Assembly (NCBI GenBank): GCA_965649765.1
Contig: OZ287758.1
Span: forward strand, 36,704,001-36,768,000
DNA: 64,000 bases
Source: Bispira polyomma
Lineage: Eukaryota
Direction: 5' to 3'
In this document: in pieces, positions 1-14,053 of the stretch
Layout of the letters: the number at the start of each line of letters is the position of its first letter
Numbering within the stretch: the stretch's first letter is position 1
Notes under the pieces: generated by a model
Told to the model about the DNA's origin: nothing
The model's database searches: none
Seen by the model: only the letters and a program-made list of their open reading frames with translations
Translations under genes and position numbers: made by a program

Positions 1-1196
1 TCTAGTGCAAATGTTTTGTTGTTTTTTTTAACGAGAATTTGTTAATGAAACTAAATGGTCATTCAGTATTTTGTTTGTAAACAATGTATTTTATAGATTT
101 TTTTTTTTTTGGTCAAACAATAAGAAATTATACTTTTTCATCATACTCACAGGTTATACATCATATATTGAAGTATATTTTGTCATGCAAGTTTGTAAAT
201 TATAAATACTTTAGAATTTGGATGATTATTTTTTTTAAAAACCTACCGTAATCAGCCATCCTTCATTAGCTGGATATATTTGTTCATTTTATAGGTTGCA
301 TAATGTTTAAAGTTTGTTGTCAATATCAAATTGATCTTTTAACATAGGACAATTAACAGGGGGTAATCTGTTCTATTCTATATTACCGAAATCGTTTGCC
401 ATAGCGCCAATGTTTTTAAAACCACCAATCCCCGAAATACCAGGAATCTTGACTTTAATCAGCCACTACGTACTGTAGCGAATTATTTTGGTATTTCCCA
501 AAAACAAAAAACTTTTTAAATCTCTCACAGTAACGCGATCTATTTACAGCAGCATATGATATACCACCAAAATACTGACGTCTTGACTGTATCAACAGTT
601 TCAGGAGCCATTTTGTCCGAGAATTTACTTCGGAATTTATGGATGTTTAAAATCTGGTTTGGTATAAACAAAGATTCTTATTCTTAAATATTATGTCAGC
701 CAATTTGATTGACTAAAAATGTTGTTGCTAAGAATCTGACTGGATGTGAGTGAGACGAAGAAAATTCTAAGAATTTTATGTCAAGAATATTTGTCATTAT
801 ATAATCATTGATCTGTCACTACTTAAAATGTTTCAGTTCATCATATTGCAAGTTCACATTATTTTGTAAAATTGATCCATAATTTATGACATATATTGTA
901 AAAATTGATCCATAATTTTTGACATATATGTAGTATTCCAATTAACAAATCACACACTATTTTTTTTTTTAATAGAAAAAGACTATATTTATATTAACAG
1001 ATAATATAAAATATAATATTTATTATTGATGTCTATATACCCGTTTTGCAGTAAGGAAAAGTGAAAAAATCCCAATTTCCAGTTTCTTTTATCAAAACTC
1101 TTAAAAATATAAAGCTACATTTACAGTGACGGATTTTGCTTAACTGTTGACGATTTATATAACCATCAAAGTAAATAGTCTCCTTTTTTATTGACA

Positions 1197-1382
1197 CAGT
1201 AGAACCTCTTTTATCAAAACTTCTATTTTCAGAATATTCGTTATTACGAACGGTTTTTGATCCCCAAAATTCATGTTTTTTTCAAATGGCTGTACCAAAA
1301 TACCTCTTTTGTTTTATGAAACTTTTAGTGTTTAAACAAAACATCAATCTCCTAACATGTTCAGATCACAGAGGTTCTACTG
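1197..1382. mobile_element. Tc1/mariner-pogo-type MITE
   Basis: Terminal inverted repeats CAGTAGAACCTCT ... AGAGGTTCTACTG; right flank TA, left flank CA (decayed TA TSD). Confidence 0.65.
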
Positions 1383-1452
1383 TAAATACTAAAAGAGTCA
1401 ATAGACACTGAGTATGATTCATTAGTATAGTTTATAAATAAAACAAATGTCT

Positions 1453-1689
1453 TGGAGTAATGAAATGAAAATTTGCCACTCTATCTGAATTTTGCCAACC
1501 CTAAAATTTAAGCTAACTCAATAAAAACTTGAGTAAAAATAACTGGAATTTAGGCAGAATCAAAGTAAGGCAAAAGTAGAATAGTCACAAAAATCTCAAT
1601 TTCAGGAAATATTACCCACAATTCTACCAAAAACATTTACTAGATGGAAAATTTCAGATAGAGTGGCAAATTTTCAATTCATTACTCCA
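1453..1689. mobile_element. MITE with ~45-bp terminal inverted repeats
   Basis: TGGAGTAATGAAATGAAAATTTGCCACTCTATCTGAA at 1453 is the near-perfect reverse complement of TTCAGATAGAGTGGCAAATTTTCAATTCATTACTCCA ending at 1689. Confidence 0.7.
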
Positions 1690-3862
1690 TATATTTTATT
1701 AGCTTTCTTTAATTTTTTTTCCCACAAAATATAGACAATTCTATTAGTTTTCAATAAAAAATAGCCATTTAATGTTTAAACATATTTGAATATCTTAGTT
1801 TAATACTTTACCTTCATGCTTCCGAAATATTTTTTAAACCCTTTTTGATGTGTGTTTTCTCTCGATCTCATGTTCACTATTGGTGGTAATTTTAAGATGT
1901 CCGACATTTTTCAGTTTTTTATATTATTTATACCTCTTCGTTATCACTTCTGATGATATACCAAATACTACTGTATTTCACAAGCAGTGACCAAATTTAC
2001 TCAAAGTGATCAAAAAAATAAAAATACTCAACAGTTGCAATCAAACCTTAGTCTCAGTAGTATCTATGTATAGATTTTTTTTTTTTTTTTTTTTTTTTGC
2101 TTAAACAAAAACTAAATAAAAATAATAATTTACTCGTCAATTGCAATGAAAAAAATTATTTGTTATTCTAATGTCTTTGTATCTATTGATATATCAATTT
2201 TTTTTTTCTTCAACAAAAAATAATTACATCAACTTAATGCAGTTTATTCTTAAAAATATATTGAAAATGTTATATATCCCTCAAGATACAATGGACGACT
2301 CTTTACCCATCAGATTATAATAGTCACTGTCCCCTTTATGACCACCTCACAAAAAGCACACACTGACAATTGAGAACAGTCTGCTTTATACTATCGCTGC
2401 TGAAGGAGGAAAACGGTGACTACTGTGTTGTAAGTGATACAATTACAAAAACGTAGCAAAGAGCCAAGCCTTTGATTATTATAATAATAGGCGAGGGGGG
2501 GGGGGGGGGGAGCTCTTTTTACCTAACAGGAACAAATATACACCTGTCCCCCCTTGGTCTTCTGCCTTCTAACTCTTCATTATTAAACGTTGGTTACCTT
2601 TTTTTTTTAGAAAAAAAAAGGGTGGGGCGGAGTGACTGGATGACGGGGGAACGGAAGCTTTTGGCAATCCAGCTAAGTGCTAATCAAGTAATTAGCATCA
2701 CACATCTCTGAATCACACACACAGAGGCATAGTCTGTTGCTATGGTAATATATACACACATGTGCTTGGTTAACAAGTTCTAAATATATAGATCTGTATA
2801 ATGTTTGCCATAAATTGAGGTTGCTTGACTGCAGGGAGATGGGACAGTGAGTACTAACAATGATAGTTATTTTTTTTTTATTTCTTGTTTCCATGGTGTT
2901 TTACTGTTTAATTGTGTAGATATTGGTCTAAAACAAAAAATCAGAGATATTAGCATGCTACCATTAGTTAGAAACCCATTTTGGCTTGAGGAGGGACATT
3001 GGGGGGGGGGGGGGGTAGAGAGGAATACAGCAACTGTTACTAAGGCTACCTGTTGCTTTTAACACAAAGGTGACCAAAGACATTACCAATGCAGGTGAGT
3101 GGTGATGGTAGTGTGTGTGTGTGTGTGTATGGGTAGGGGGAGGGGGGATGGGAAGGGATGAACAGCCATGGGTTAGTTAATTACAGCATAGAAATAGGAG
3201 AAGTTAAATAAAAAGGTGGGGGTGAGGGGCGAGATGCACCTATCATTATTTAAGGCTTGACCCTATCACGCTGGGTGAAATTCACAAAAGGTTTTAGTCT
3301 TAAGCTAAACATTCATGTCTGAAATATGTAAGCTTGCAGACAGTGAAAATGGTAGGGGCAAAGTTGACAGTAATAAGCAATGGTTTTTGCTTTAACTGTC
3401 TATTACTATAACCAACCTAGACAAGCAACGATGGCTAAACTGTGTGAAATGCCAAATTTGACAACCGAAACTCTTCTATCAGGCAGTCTGGACAGAACAT
3501 TTGAACAAAACAAAACAAATTTTCAAGCTGTTCAAAAATATTTAAAGGATTTAAAGCATTTCATAGTTTATGTTGGCTGTAGTTTGCACACACACATTTA
3601 ATACACAGATAAGGCATATTTTATTACTGGTAAAGCACAAACAACAAGAGACTAACAAATGTAAAGAGGAGAAAAGGGACCTAGTCTTATGTAAGGCTCA
3701 ACTACAATTGCTAGTTACTATATCACTAGACTCCTTTTTAATATATATTCCCCTCAAGCCATGGACTGTAATAAAGGGAGTTTATAATATTGCCCCACAC
3801 ACTGTGATCTCAGGGACTGTAAAATGTATATATATGGTAATATTTATCAACGGAATGCCCTG

Positions 3863-3969
3863 GGCCCTTATTCACTAACAGACTGAGCCAAGTCTTAGGC
3901 TTAACTCTCTATACTGTTGTGCTAGATTTAAGCCTAAGACTTGGTTAAGTCCCTTTATGAATATGGCCC
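3863..3969. mobile_element. PIF/Harbinger-type palindromic MITE
   Basis: GGCCCTTATTCAC...TTTATGAATATGGCCC; nearly whole-length hairpin flanked by CTG on both sides (CWG TSD). Relatives at 5136-5246, 4010-4800, 9601-10181 and a partial copy at ~34790-34853. Confidence 0.6.
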
Positions 3970-4009
3970 CTGGTGAAAAAGGTGTATATTAGAAAGCTAT
4001 CTAACAGGT

Positions 4010-4800
4010 GGGGCCGTATTCATAAAAGGTATTCAAGTCTTAACTTAGTAGTAATTAAGTAGTACTGCGAGTTCGGTGCAAAAAATGAATTCGGACTTCG
4101 GTACGTTCCAAATGAACGAACTTCGGTTTGTGATCGATCTTTTATGTCAAATCTGTGCTGAACTAAAATATCCTCAAAAAGTTATAACAACACTACTATA
4201 TTAATGCATTTCATCACAATTCACCTAAAAACGATTTATATACTTCTAATTTTGCACAACATACACCAAAACGTCTCTTTTTACTACTTCTCTATTTGTC
4301 AAGAACTTGGGCCATATCGGCGACCGCAAAGACTAAATTCATTAAAATTATAGCTAGCTATTGTTTTTCTTCGTATAAACAACCAACTTACCCTAAAAAC
4401 GATTTCAACAATTTGTTTTTTTACTTAATTTTGCTTTAAAACCCCATAAAAACAATTTAATTTGTGGGTGATAATATAACATTTTAATAAATTTCCAGAA
4501 TTGCCGAACATGCAAATTTGACCGAATCGGACTGAACTTCGTTTTCAAAAGCCAATCCGAGCAAACTTTCGATCTTCGGTGAAGATCATCGCAGCACTAG
4601 TAGTAAGCTCAAAATTTTGGTCTTTGATTTTGATCTTTAAGTGGGACTGTACCAGTGACCAAATAAGGAAATATCTTTGCTCAGTGTTAACTTTGTTCTT
4701 TACACTTTATAACTATAACAGAGAATTTTATAAATAATTTAGACATAAATGTTAAGCTTAAGACTAAATTAAGACTAAGACATTTTGTGATTACGGCTCA
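4010..4800. mobile_element. Harbinger-type MITE interrupted by a nested element
   Basis: Starts GGGGCCGTATTCATAAAAGG, ends TTTTGTGATTACGGCTC; interrupted at 4060-4599. Confidence 0.5.
4060..4599. mobile_element. hAT-like non-autonomous element (nested)
   Basis: TIRs TAGTACTGCGA / TCGCAGCACTA and subterminal TTCGG/CCGAA motif clusters; internal part (~4220-4395) recurs inverted at ~11868-12050. Confidence 0.55.
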
Positions 4801-5135
4801 GAAGTCTAACTCCAACATATTTGAAGTCCTCAGTAATAAAATGAATAGTAACATATCTAGGCCACTCTCAACTAGGGGCATCTATCTATTTTAGACTATT
4901 TATAAGTGATATTCTAAATTAAAGCATAAGTTTAGGCTTTAAATACAACCTCACGTTTGTATATAATGAGCACTAAAGCCTGTGGGCAGTATAGTGAGTG
5001 CACAATCATGGTTAAACTAGTGTGCTATATTGATCACTCACTCCCTACTTCACAACAATAAAACACCCAAGATACTGACCAACAGTAGGAGTTAAATTGG
5101 TGCAGCCATCAATGAAATAGGAGAAATTTCCTCCA

Positions 5136-5246
5136 GGACCCAAATTCACGAAAGGACTTAGCCAGGTATTAGGCTTAAATTTAGCACAAAAGTATATTGA
5201 TATAAGCCTAAAACCTGGCTAAGTCCCTTCTGGAATAATATGGCCC
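5136..5246. mobile_element. Harbinger-type palindromic MITE, same family as 3863-3969
   Basis: ATTCACGAAAGGACTTAGCCAGG...CCTGGCTAAGTCCCTTCTGGAAT...TATGGCCC hairpin; similar to 3863-3969. Confidence 0.55.
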
Positions 5247-8200
5247 CTGAACATATTTCAGTTTTTATCCCTAACCTTTACTTGTAAATGTGCAATCAAT
5301 CGTAGTTCTAGTGTTTTATAATAGTTCTTATACTTGTATATGGAGAGTAAGGTATTGACAATTGGTCACTCCTAGATTTAAGCCAAATCAATAAAAACTG
5401 GGTGATTATTGGAATTTATTCAATTTAAGTAAGAAAAGCAAAACAGTTACAAAAACCTCTATTCTAGCAAATATTACCCACAATTCTACCCAAAACCCTA
5501 CAATGTTTTGAATTACTGCCTTTTTACGCTTACTGAATAAATATGGGTGTGATATTATCTTTAAGATTGGCACCTGGTTTTATTATTAATGGACGGTGGT
5601 AACTGCTTCTCAGGGATAAAAGTATGCATTTATCAGACTAAATGTATAATTTGAAATTATATTTGCGCAACATTTCTACTACCTTTATGGTTATAAATAA
5701 AATCGTACAGACTCTCTCTATATATACTAACAGTTTTGTGCAATAGTTTTGTTTGATTTTATCTATTGAACAATATATATTATAAATATACACTTTAGTT
5801 GATTCTGCAGATATATATTTATAATATTTCATTAATTTTTATTTATTTTATGTAATTATAGTACATGTAGTGCATGTCTCTATTATAAATAAATAATAAT
5901 ATATTTTTTTCAATATGTAAGACGTTTGTGTTAACGCAATAAAAAAAAACCCATCTCTGTGACTATTGAATGACCAAGTTTATTCCAATTGACTGATCAT
6001 TACATTGATTTGTTTATTCAAACCACTGCTTAGCTCCACTTAATGGAAGGCCTACTTGTATAGATTTACTCCACACATATTTGATATTTATGTTACTAAG
6101 CCTTTGGCAAAGTGCAATTCCTTGTTATTTTAATAGGCCCTTTACTATTTACTAGTATTTCGCCAAGATTTCTCTGGTGACTAAATGGCCTGGAAATACT
6201 AATACTGTATTCATCCACAGAACTAAGCTCTTCATAAACGAGAACTTGTCCCAAGTAAACAAATGGTTTATTTTATTTCTACGCAATCTCTATTCTTGAC
6301 ATGCACAAACAATGTATACGGTAAGTCCATTACTTGACTTCAGATAAAACACAAACTTAACACTTAAGTACTATTTCTTTAGTTTGAGGACAATAAGGTG
6401 TATACAATGTGTGTGTACACACTGCCAAAAAAATGGAACCAAAAATAAACCCACTCAATTTAGTCATATGTTTGAAAAAAATATTTATGAAATAAAAAAT
6501 AAACAGAACAGCTGTATAAATACCAATTTCATATTTAAAAAATAAATAAAATTGTACATATGTTACATATATATCTATTAGTTACTAAATCGTTTGGGCT
6601 GGTGGAGATCAATATCCAAAGTAAAATCTATTCAATATCGGCCGATTTCAGGAGGTAGCAAAAAACATGTGAAGAAACCCAAACGTATCTCACACAAAAA
6701 AAACCCTGCCTGAATGAAACCGAAAGTGAGAACCGCTAAATATGTTTACAAGTAAAAATGGATTTAAATGGTTATTAGGCATTGTTTAAAAGGTATTATC
6801 CTTAAAATATCATTACAACTATTGTAAAAATGTTGTCCTATAGTGAAATATGTGCCATCTATGATATTGATGTGAATTGGTATTATACATCGATATCGGC
6901 ACGCAAAAGCCCAAACAATAAATATTGTTGATATCGATAAACGATTTACCCACTAATATTTATAACAGAACACAAATAAAATTGTATGTTTTATGTCTAA
7001 AATTAAAAACAAAATAAAAAATACATATATTATATCTAAAATGGAAATTAAATGAAACGGCATAGTGTATATATTGTCTAAAAATAAAAACAAACTTGTA
7101 ACTAACATATCTTAACATGTAACACAGGTATCGTCTAAAAGTCACAACATAAAACCAGTCTACCCCTGACGTTACTATTACTAATCTATTATTTTTCTAA
7201 TACTTTCATTACATTGGCCCCAACCCTGCCCTGAAGGATACATCAATTCAATGTAATATAAATGCTTGACATTTATAAATTTAATAAAAACCGAAACAGA
7301 CAAGAATAAGGTGTCCAACTGGGCACACTGTCAGCTTACCCATGTGCGTAAATGCTAATTCGACCTAATGTTCAGATAGAAAGGTGTCCACTGGTGACAA
7401 ATAAGGACTAGGGTAGTGTGCAATATAGGGAGGTTGTTCAGTGATGCCACTTTTATTTTATATACACAAAGCAATGCCTCTTAAAACAAATCTGTAGAGT
7501 ATATATAAGCCTTTCTAGTAATTTGGAAATATTCCAGTACACAACATATAGGAAACTCTTCCTTATAACCCCAGTTTGACCTTAAAGCAAAAGACATAGG
7601 TCAGATGTGACCATTGCAATACATGTCCGCCCTGACCCTAGTACTGTATAGCCTCACAATTTACATTGTAAAGCTGTAAAGCCACTAGTAAAGATGATGT
7701 AAAGCAACAACATGAAAATGGACCCCATTAGGTGATAAAAGTGACCTAGAAACAGAACTGCGTAGTAAATAACCTTAGAAGTACCTCTGTTGATCTCTAA
7801 AATCTAGAATAGAGATTTTCTAGCAGGTTTAATAGCATTGCATACATTTTGTTATAATATACATCATTTTGCTACCTAACATCCAACCTCATTTAAAGCT
7901 TCAAAGAACCTCACTTCAGACTAAATGTTAACGAACCCGCAATACCTCGAAAACTCAAGTTTTAACTCACAAAGTTTCAGACTTGGAGCAGCCAAAAGAA
8001 TTGTCTCAAGTTTGAAAATAAATTTAATGTGCACTATGATACTTCAAATAGTGTAAATAATAGTGCGCCTTATGCTGGTTGAAAAATGGAAAACAAATAT
8101 AGAGTACACTTAAAAATAAACAATTTTGGATAATATATTATAAAAAATATTGGTAGTACTTGGTTTTTAAAGGCTACCTTTAATTTTATACATGTTAGTT

Positions 8201-9049
8201 AGTGACATGCTGGATTCCAAGTTATCTTTGTGCTTCCTTGACAAAAACTGTGCAAATTTGTGACTCGTAAGAACACCTGTGATTCATGTACAACAGAGGT
8301 AGGTAATCTCTACTCACATTGACCATGTTAACTCTTGGTGAGGTTTGTTTTGGTGGGACATGATTCTCCAATTCTTGGTACCTAAATGATACAATGAAAA
8401 TAGAGATTAAACAAGCACATAAGAGTCTTATGATAAGACAACAAATTTTTTATAGTGTATTTATACAACATAGTCATTTCAAATATGCTACCTCATGAGC
8501 AGCCACTGTGGGCGCCGAGGCTTGAGGATTACCATTTATGAACGTGCTTAAGGATCTTTAACCTGCCACTGGAGATAGAACTCAGTGACAGAGAACCGCT
8601 ATTTTAAGTGGTAATCCTAGCCACTAAGGCAAACTCGTGTTCACATCTTGCCCAAGGATGTTATCCAACCAAATTAAACTAGAGTCGAACCTGGGACTTG
8701 CTGATCTCATCACCAAACTATCTCCTTAAACCACTAGACAATGTTGAACTAGGCCTGTGAATGTCACTTACTTTTCCAAGTCCACATGCTTTCATTGAGA
8801 AAACCAAACACCCACTGATTAAAATAAAATGCACAAGTCAATCTGAGAGCGTAAGGTCTACGACTTGCTTTTATTTGTTCATTAGTGGCTTTAGCGCCAG
8901 ATTATGGCTCAATTCCTAGATATAAAACTACAGAGAAATAGATGTTCTGAGATTATCAACAATTTGCATACGGTTACTAAGGTATTTTATTCATCAAATC
9001 ACTTTGTCAAAAAACGAAACATGCATAATACAAACAATAATAATATATG

Positions 9050-10260
9050 AACAAGGGGCCAAAGGTCAAATCGAACCACATCAAAAGATTCCGAGGCCAT
9101 GATTTCCTATAGGTTGGTTTCACTTCCAAAACCTGTTTGACTAAAAATAAGCAAGATATAAGCATTTTTTGTTTGCCCATCCCTGTTTGACCTTGAAGTA
9201 GAGGCCCAAGGTCAAATCTGAGCATATCAAAAGATTCCCTGCTCATGATTTCCTATAGGTTGGTTTCAGATCCTAAACCCCTAGGACCAATATTAAGCGA
9301 GATATAGGCACTTTGGCCAAGTTTGGGGAAAATCGATTAGTTGGGGTACTTTGGCATTCTGTCGATGATCTTGAATGAGGAGATTGAAGGTTAAATGTCT
9401 GCATGCTTTTACAGGACATATATATCCAGTAAACATATCACCTGTAAAGAGATTCAACCTTCTACAGCTGTGAAACAGACACAATTAAAAGCCTGATTAT
9501 TTTCAAAGAAACACCCGTTGCGGCTATTTTCTTTCTGAAAATGAGGCCAAAATTACTCCTAGGCAAGCTTTTGTAATAAAGAACATTTCCTGTAAATATC
9601 AGGGGTGGTATTCACAAAAGGCCTTAGTCTTAACTTGGTCTTAAGTTTAAGACTTTTGTTTTAATATTTGAGGAAAAACTTAACACTTTTGTCTTAGTCT
9701 TAGCATTATTCAAAACAGATCTTAACTTAGTCAACACAAAGCAGTCTAAACACTTGTCTGAAATATGGCTGCCAGACACATTTTGGATTCTGACAAAAGA
9801 AATGAAAGCAATTTTAAGAAAAAATGGGTTATTCCAGACAAAAGTAATCCACTTGACAGCCTTTTTAAATGAACAACTATTTGTCAAGTATCGATTTAAT
9901 AAATATAATTAACAACTTATTGCTTACATCACATGATGCAAGGTCTTATGAGTAGAGTGAGATAACCACAGTGGTTATTCCTAATCTTATGAGATTATGA
10001 TGCCTAAGACAAAGTTAAGTCTAGGCAAATGTCTTAGCCAAGACCAGCTTTGTGAATACTAATTTAAAACAAATTTTAGCTTAGACAAAAAATCTTGAGA
10101 CTAAGCTCTTAGACAAAAATCTTAAAGTAAAGACTAAGTTAAGACTAATGTAAGACCAAGACCTTTAGTGAATACGGCCTTAGGAGCCTAGGTGTAAATT
10201 TTTCCTAGGAGAGCAGTAACGGTAAAATCTCTACACACACTAATGCGGCGGCGGTATAAT
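9050..10260. mobile_element. Non-autonomous repeat with ~146-bp internal tandem units (possibly Helentron/HINE-like), interrupted by a MITE
   Basis: Two units AAGGTCAAATC...AAAAGATTCC...CATGATTTCCTATAGGTTGGTTTCA at ~9060 and ~9206; ends with (CA)n and GCGGCGGCGGTATAAT. Class assignment is inference. Confidence 0.35.
9601..10181. mobile_element. Harbinger-type MITE, long form
   Basis: GGGGTGGTATTCACAAAAGGCCTTAGTCTTAAC ... TAAGACCAAGACCTTTAGTGAATACGGCC, with repeated AAGACT/AGTCTT motifs. Confidence 0.55.
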
Positions 10261-10929
10261 GATGCCTTTTCTATAGTGTCCACCAATAAATAATGTATCA
10301 TTTTAAAGCTTACCAGATAGAGATTTCAGTATCATAAAAATTATAGCTGGGGATATCTTTATATTTATTTAGGGGACATTAATTGAAACTATTAACTAAG
10401 TTATATTAAAATCTTACATGTTCCTTACATACAAATTTATAATTTCTATAGGGGGTGCCGTTTCAACACCCAGCCCCAGTGATCACTTGGCTATTTTAAC
10501 ACCAACAATAATAAATGTTCAAGATTTATTTAATAAAATCATTATTTCTTGCTTGATTTCAACAGATAAGGTATCATTTTGAAGTGTACAACACAGAGAA
10601 TTTAAATATTACACAATTATAGCTGATTTATCCAGCAAATACATAAGTAAATCTTTAAAAATGAGTTTAATGAAACTTAAATATCTGAGCTGGTTATTGA
10701 CAAAAGTTTAACAAAGATTTCCTTAATAAATTAATTTGAAATTATATGCTCTTCAATTTAAATAATTAATCATAAATTATTTTATTTAAAAAAAGAAATA
10801 TACATATACATGTATAATACATTAGCCAAAAAATTTTAAGTCAAGTGTCACAGTACTGAGGATTGGAGGGATTTAATACCTTTATACTTTTGTTTCTTTA
10901 ACCCGTCCAGATATAAAAATCGGCTCCTG

Positions 10930-11160
10930 TGGATTATTATAGAACAATTTTAGACAGACTGTCAGATCACAGGATACAATCACTCATTCAGAAATCATCT
11001 CAAAACTTACCGTTTCAGACTGGTCTACCCCTTAAGCACTTCCGTAGTGGATGCTTTTTGGTAACAACTCTTTGCTTACTCCCGGACCTTTCCTTTTTAG
11101 ATATCAGTGCCTTAGAGTATGTTCTTGTCAATTTAGCCCTCGATAAATGCCTCAATTAAA
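10930..11160 (+). mobile_element. L2/CR1-type LINE 3' end fragment
   Basis: Encodes FRNHLKTYRFRLVYP* (LINE ORF2 C-terminus); the 3' UTR matches the reverse complement of 33660-33790. Confidence 0.55.
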
Positions 11161-11344
11161 AGTATTATACCTGATTATATAACTTCTTTGAACTAGTCTT
11201 TGATAAATAGGTCTTTAAATCTGAAAACGATGTACAGAGCTGATTTGGCCAAATTTGAATGTTCAAGAATTCTAAAAATTGATGAAAATATTAGATTATC
11301 GCCCGCAAAGCAAAATTATGTGAAAAACAAATTATTGAAACAGT

Positions 11345-11867
11345 TTATTATTATTAGTATAGCTTTTTAACGCGCTTTATTGATGCTAGGCATCTTCTAA
11401 AGCGCAACAGCAGAATCATTAGTCCAATCATTAAGTCCATGGAAATTGCAGAGTCGTAAGGAAGGAAGTGGGAGCGTGCACGAGGAAAGCTAAGGTGGGT
11501 AGGCAAGATTAAAAAGATAGGTTTTAAGCTTTTTCCTAAAACCGATAAGTGTGTCAACTGATCTGAGGTCAACTGGGAGACTGTTCCATAACCGTGGAGC
11601 TGCGGTGGAGAACGCTCTGACACCCGCCTTTCTGATTGGTCTGACCGAAGTGACAGAGAGTCTGTTGCCTCTCTTGCGGTTACTAAAGGAAAGAAGGGAG
11701 GCAAGGTAGGGTGGCTGTTGAGTGATTACAGCCTTAAAAGTGGTAACGTGAATTTTAAACAAAATTCGAAATTTAATGGGCAACCAGTGTAATTTTTTGA
11801 GGTAAGAAGTAACGTCTGTGCGACAACCCAGGCGAAAAATGACCCTACATAGGTAGTTTTGGATGGA
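11345..11867 (-). mobile_element. L2/CR1-type LINE 3' end (5'-truncated)
   Basis: ORF 11490-11783: WLPIKFRILFK...PPYLASLL...RAFSTAAPRLWNSLP...FRKKLKTYLF, a typical L2 ORF2 C-terminus; 3' UTR ends in a (TAA)n tail. Confidence 0.85.
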
Positions 11868-13653
11868 GGGTAATTCGGTTGTTTATACAAAGAAAAACAA
11901 TAGCTAGTTATACTTTTAATGGATTTAGTCTATGTAGTCGCCGATATGGCCTACGATCTTGACAAATAGAGTTATAAATATCTGATGTTCTGGAGTATGT
12001 CGTGCAAAATTAAAAGTATCAAAAATTCAAAATTGTTTTTAGGTGAATATATATCCCTGTATTTAACCACTGCAATTTGATTATGCAAGCTGGTTATTAA
12101 CAAAAATTTAACTGTGATTTCCTTGATAAAGTACCGGCTATAATTTTTATGATACTAAAATTGTTGTCTTGTAGGCTTTAAAATGATACATTTTTTGTTA
12201 AAAACAAGCAAGAAATTTTGCTTAAGAAATAAATCTTAAATATTTATTGTTGTTAGTGACAAAATGGCCATGCCAACTGTAGACACCAACACAACTATAT
12301 AAGGGTGCCAACCCCCCCCCCCCCCCCCCCCCCCCTCACCAATTTGAAGCAGCAAGGGTGTCGAAATGGCCCCGAACAAAGCTACTACTTAAGACCTTAT
12401 GTTTCACTTGATCTTGACTTCTTAACGCCCCCAAAATTCCGACTCAATTTGAAACAACACAAGCCCTTGGCCATCGCAAAATTCACATAGACTTTGTACT
12501 GATTTTACAGATACCAGTAAGAACACCACCAAAACAAAATGCAACTCCATACACCACCTCCAAAACATTGCAGATTACTTGTAAAAAACTTGAAAATTAC
12601 TGAAGATAAAAAAATCATAGAACTATAGTCAGAAAGCTTTATTGTAATTGCTGTTTGTTTCATTTTGTTGAGAAATTCCCGAGATATTTATGTTTAACTA
12701 TGGGTATTATACAGAGTTAATACATTAAGCAAAAGGTTATTGTCCCTTATCGTTTCTTTTTGTTATTATAGTACTCTTATATATCTTAATTCACAGTTAT
12801 GTCACTCTTTTTATATTGTCTTAATTCTTAATCAAGGTGGCGTTATGGAGTGGTGACCTGGGTGGGGTGGGGTTTGGGGGCGTTCGGACCATATTTTGAT
12901 ATTACTGGGTACCACAGCTAGCGCCACCTGTGTATCAATACTTTGAATTATAATTTATAGCTGTACGCATGGATAAATATCCTGGTATACAGCGCAAATG
13001 TACGTCGGGAAATCGTTTACGGGAGGCACAAATCGAGAAGCACTAAAACCAGAAGTTCATTTCAGGATGTAATTATTGGAGAAATTTGCATCAAATTCTT
13101 CCATTGCAAAATTAGAAGGAAGCAATTAACGGAACTTCACAGAAATCCAAGAAAATAGCTATATTTATCTCTGACCCAATGACCAGTTCAACATATATAT
13201 TTGCTTTGAAATAAATATGTAATAAATATGGTATTATTTTCGATGCCGTGGAACAAAGGTAAAACTTCAATCCACACTACTGTGACTTAAAGCTCTTCGA
13301 ATAAAGAATAATAAACCCAATTAAATGAAATATAAATAACAAGGCTTCCCAGTACGTCCTGTCCGATGTATATTTTTTACAGGCCGTATTTATTAATTAA
13401 TTACTTCCCGACTTCCTGGCATACAGCATTTCCGTTCAATGCCTGGAAATATTTCCCGGAATATAACCACTACGATAATTATACTAGCGCGTCCAGTTAT
13501 CTAATACGTCAGGAAAAAAAACAACAAGAAATCTACTTGACTTACTTATGACTTAGTTGATTAACACCTGCCTTGACATCATAGTTTCATAAGCTCTTTG
13601 AATCACGACAGTGCATTCTAAACGATCAGCCCTACAGTAAATTTAGTACTTAC

Positions 13654-13925
13654 CCATTTTCAATTCTCTTAAAGCGAGTATTTCCACAAGCTACGTATGC
13701 AGTGCCCTCCTTTAGATCATCCAAATTGGTAACTCTTGTTCCATGATTCGGTGTTCGGATAGAACGAACTGCTTCAGAAAACTTGACTTCGGAGGTTACG
13801 TTTGACAAAAATGAGTCAAAATTTCTTACTGTTCGTTTGTTTATAACTAAGGTTTTTCCATAAAACCTATAATCACCATTTTTAAACATCTTAATTCGCT
13901 TGGCCCTATCCATATCAGTTGCCAT
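13654..13925 (-). CDS. DCDC2: First coding exon of a doublecortin-domain protein (DCDC2-like)
   Basis: AKRIKMFKNGD..FYGKTLVIN.RTVRNFDSFLSNVT..V....AVRSIRTP.HG..V..LDDL..G..YVACG...FK is a DCX domain; the exon ends at a phase-2 GG|GTAAGT donor. Downstream exons not identified. Confidence 0.8.
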
Positions 13926-14053
13926 TATTCCAGCTTTTATCCAATGTTACAATTTTAAACAGTCCATACACAAATATTATTACAATATATTTTTATGACG
14001 AGAAGTTTACATCGGTTGACACATTTAGCTTACTTCCTGTAATCTTTGACCTT

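Noticed and set aside
8520-8760. SINE-like fragments (also ~24935-25130 and ~40620-40700)
   Set aside because: They share GGATCTTTA.CCTGCCACTGG, so they are likely an old SINE family, but too decayed to set boundaries.
2472-9887. Short ORFs (60-102 aa) in the first 10 kb
   Set aside because: Low-complexity or MITE-derived, with no domain motifs; expected by chance in AT-rich DNA.
12511-12603. Plus-strand terminal exon after TTTTACAG
   Set aside because: No recognisable protein similarity and no supportable upstream coding exons.
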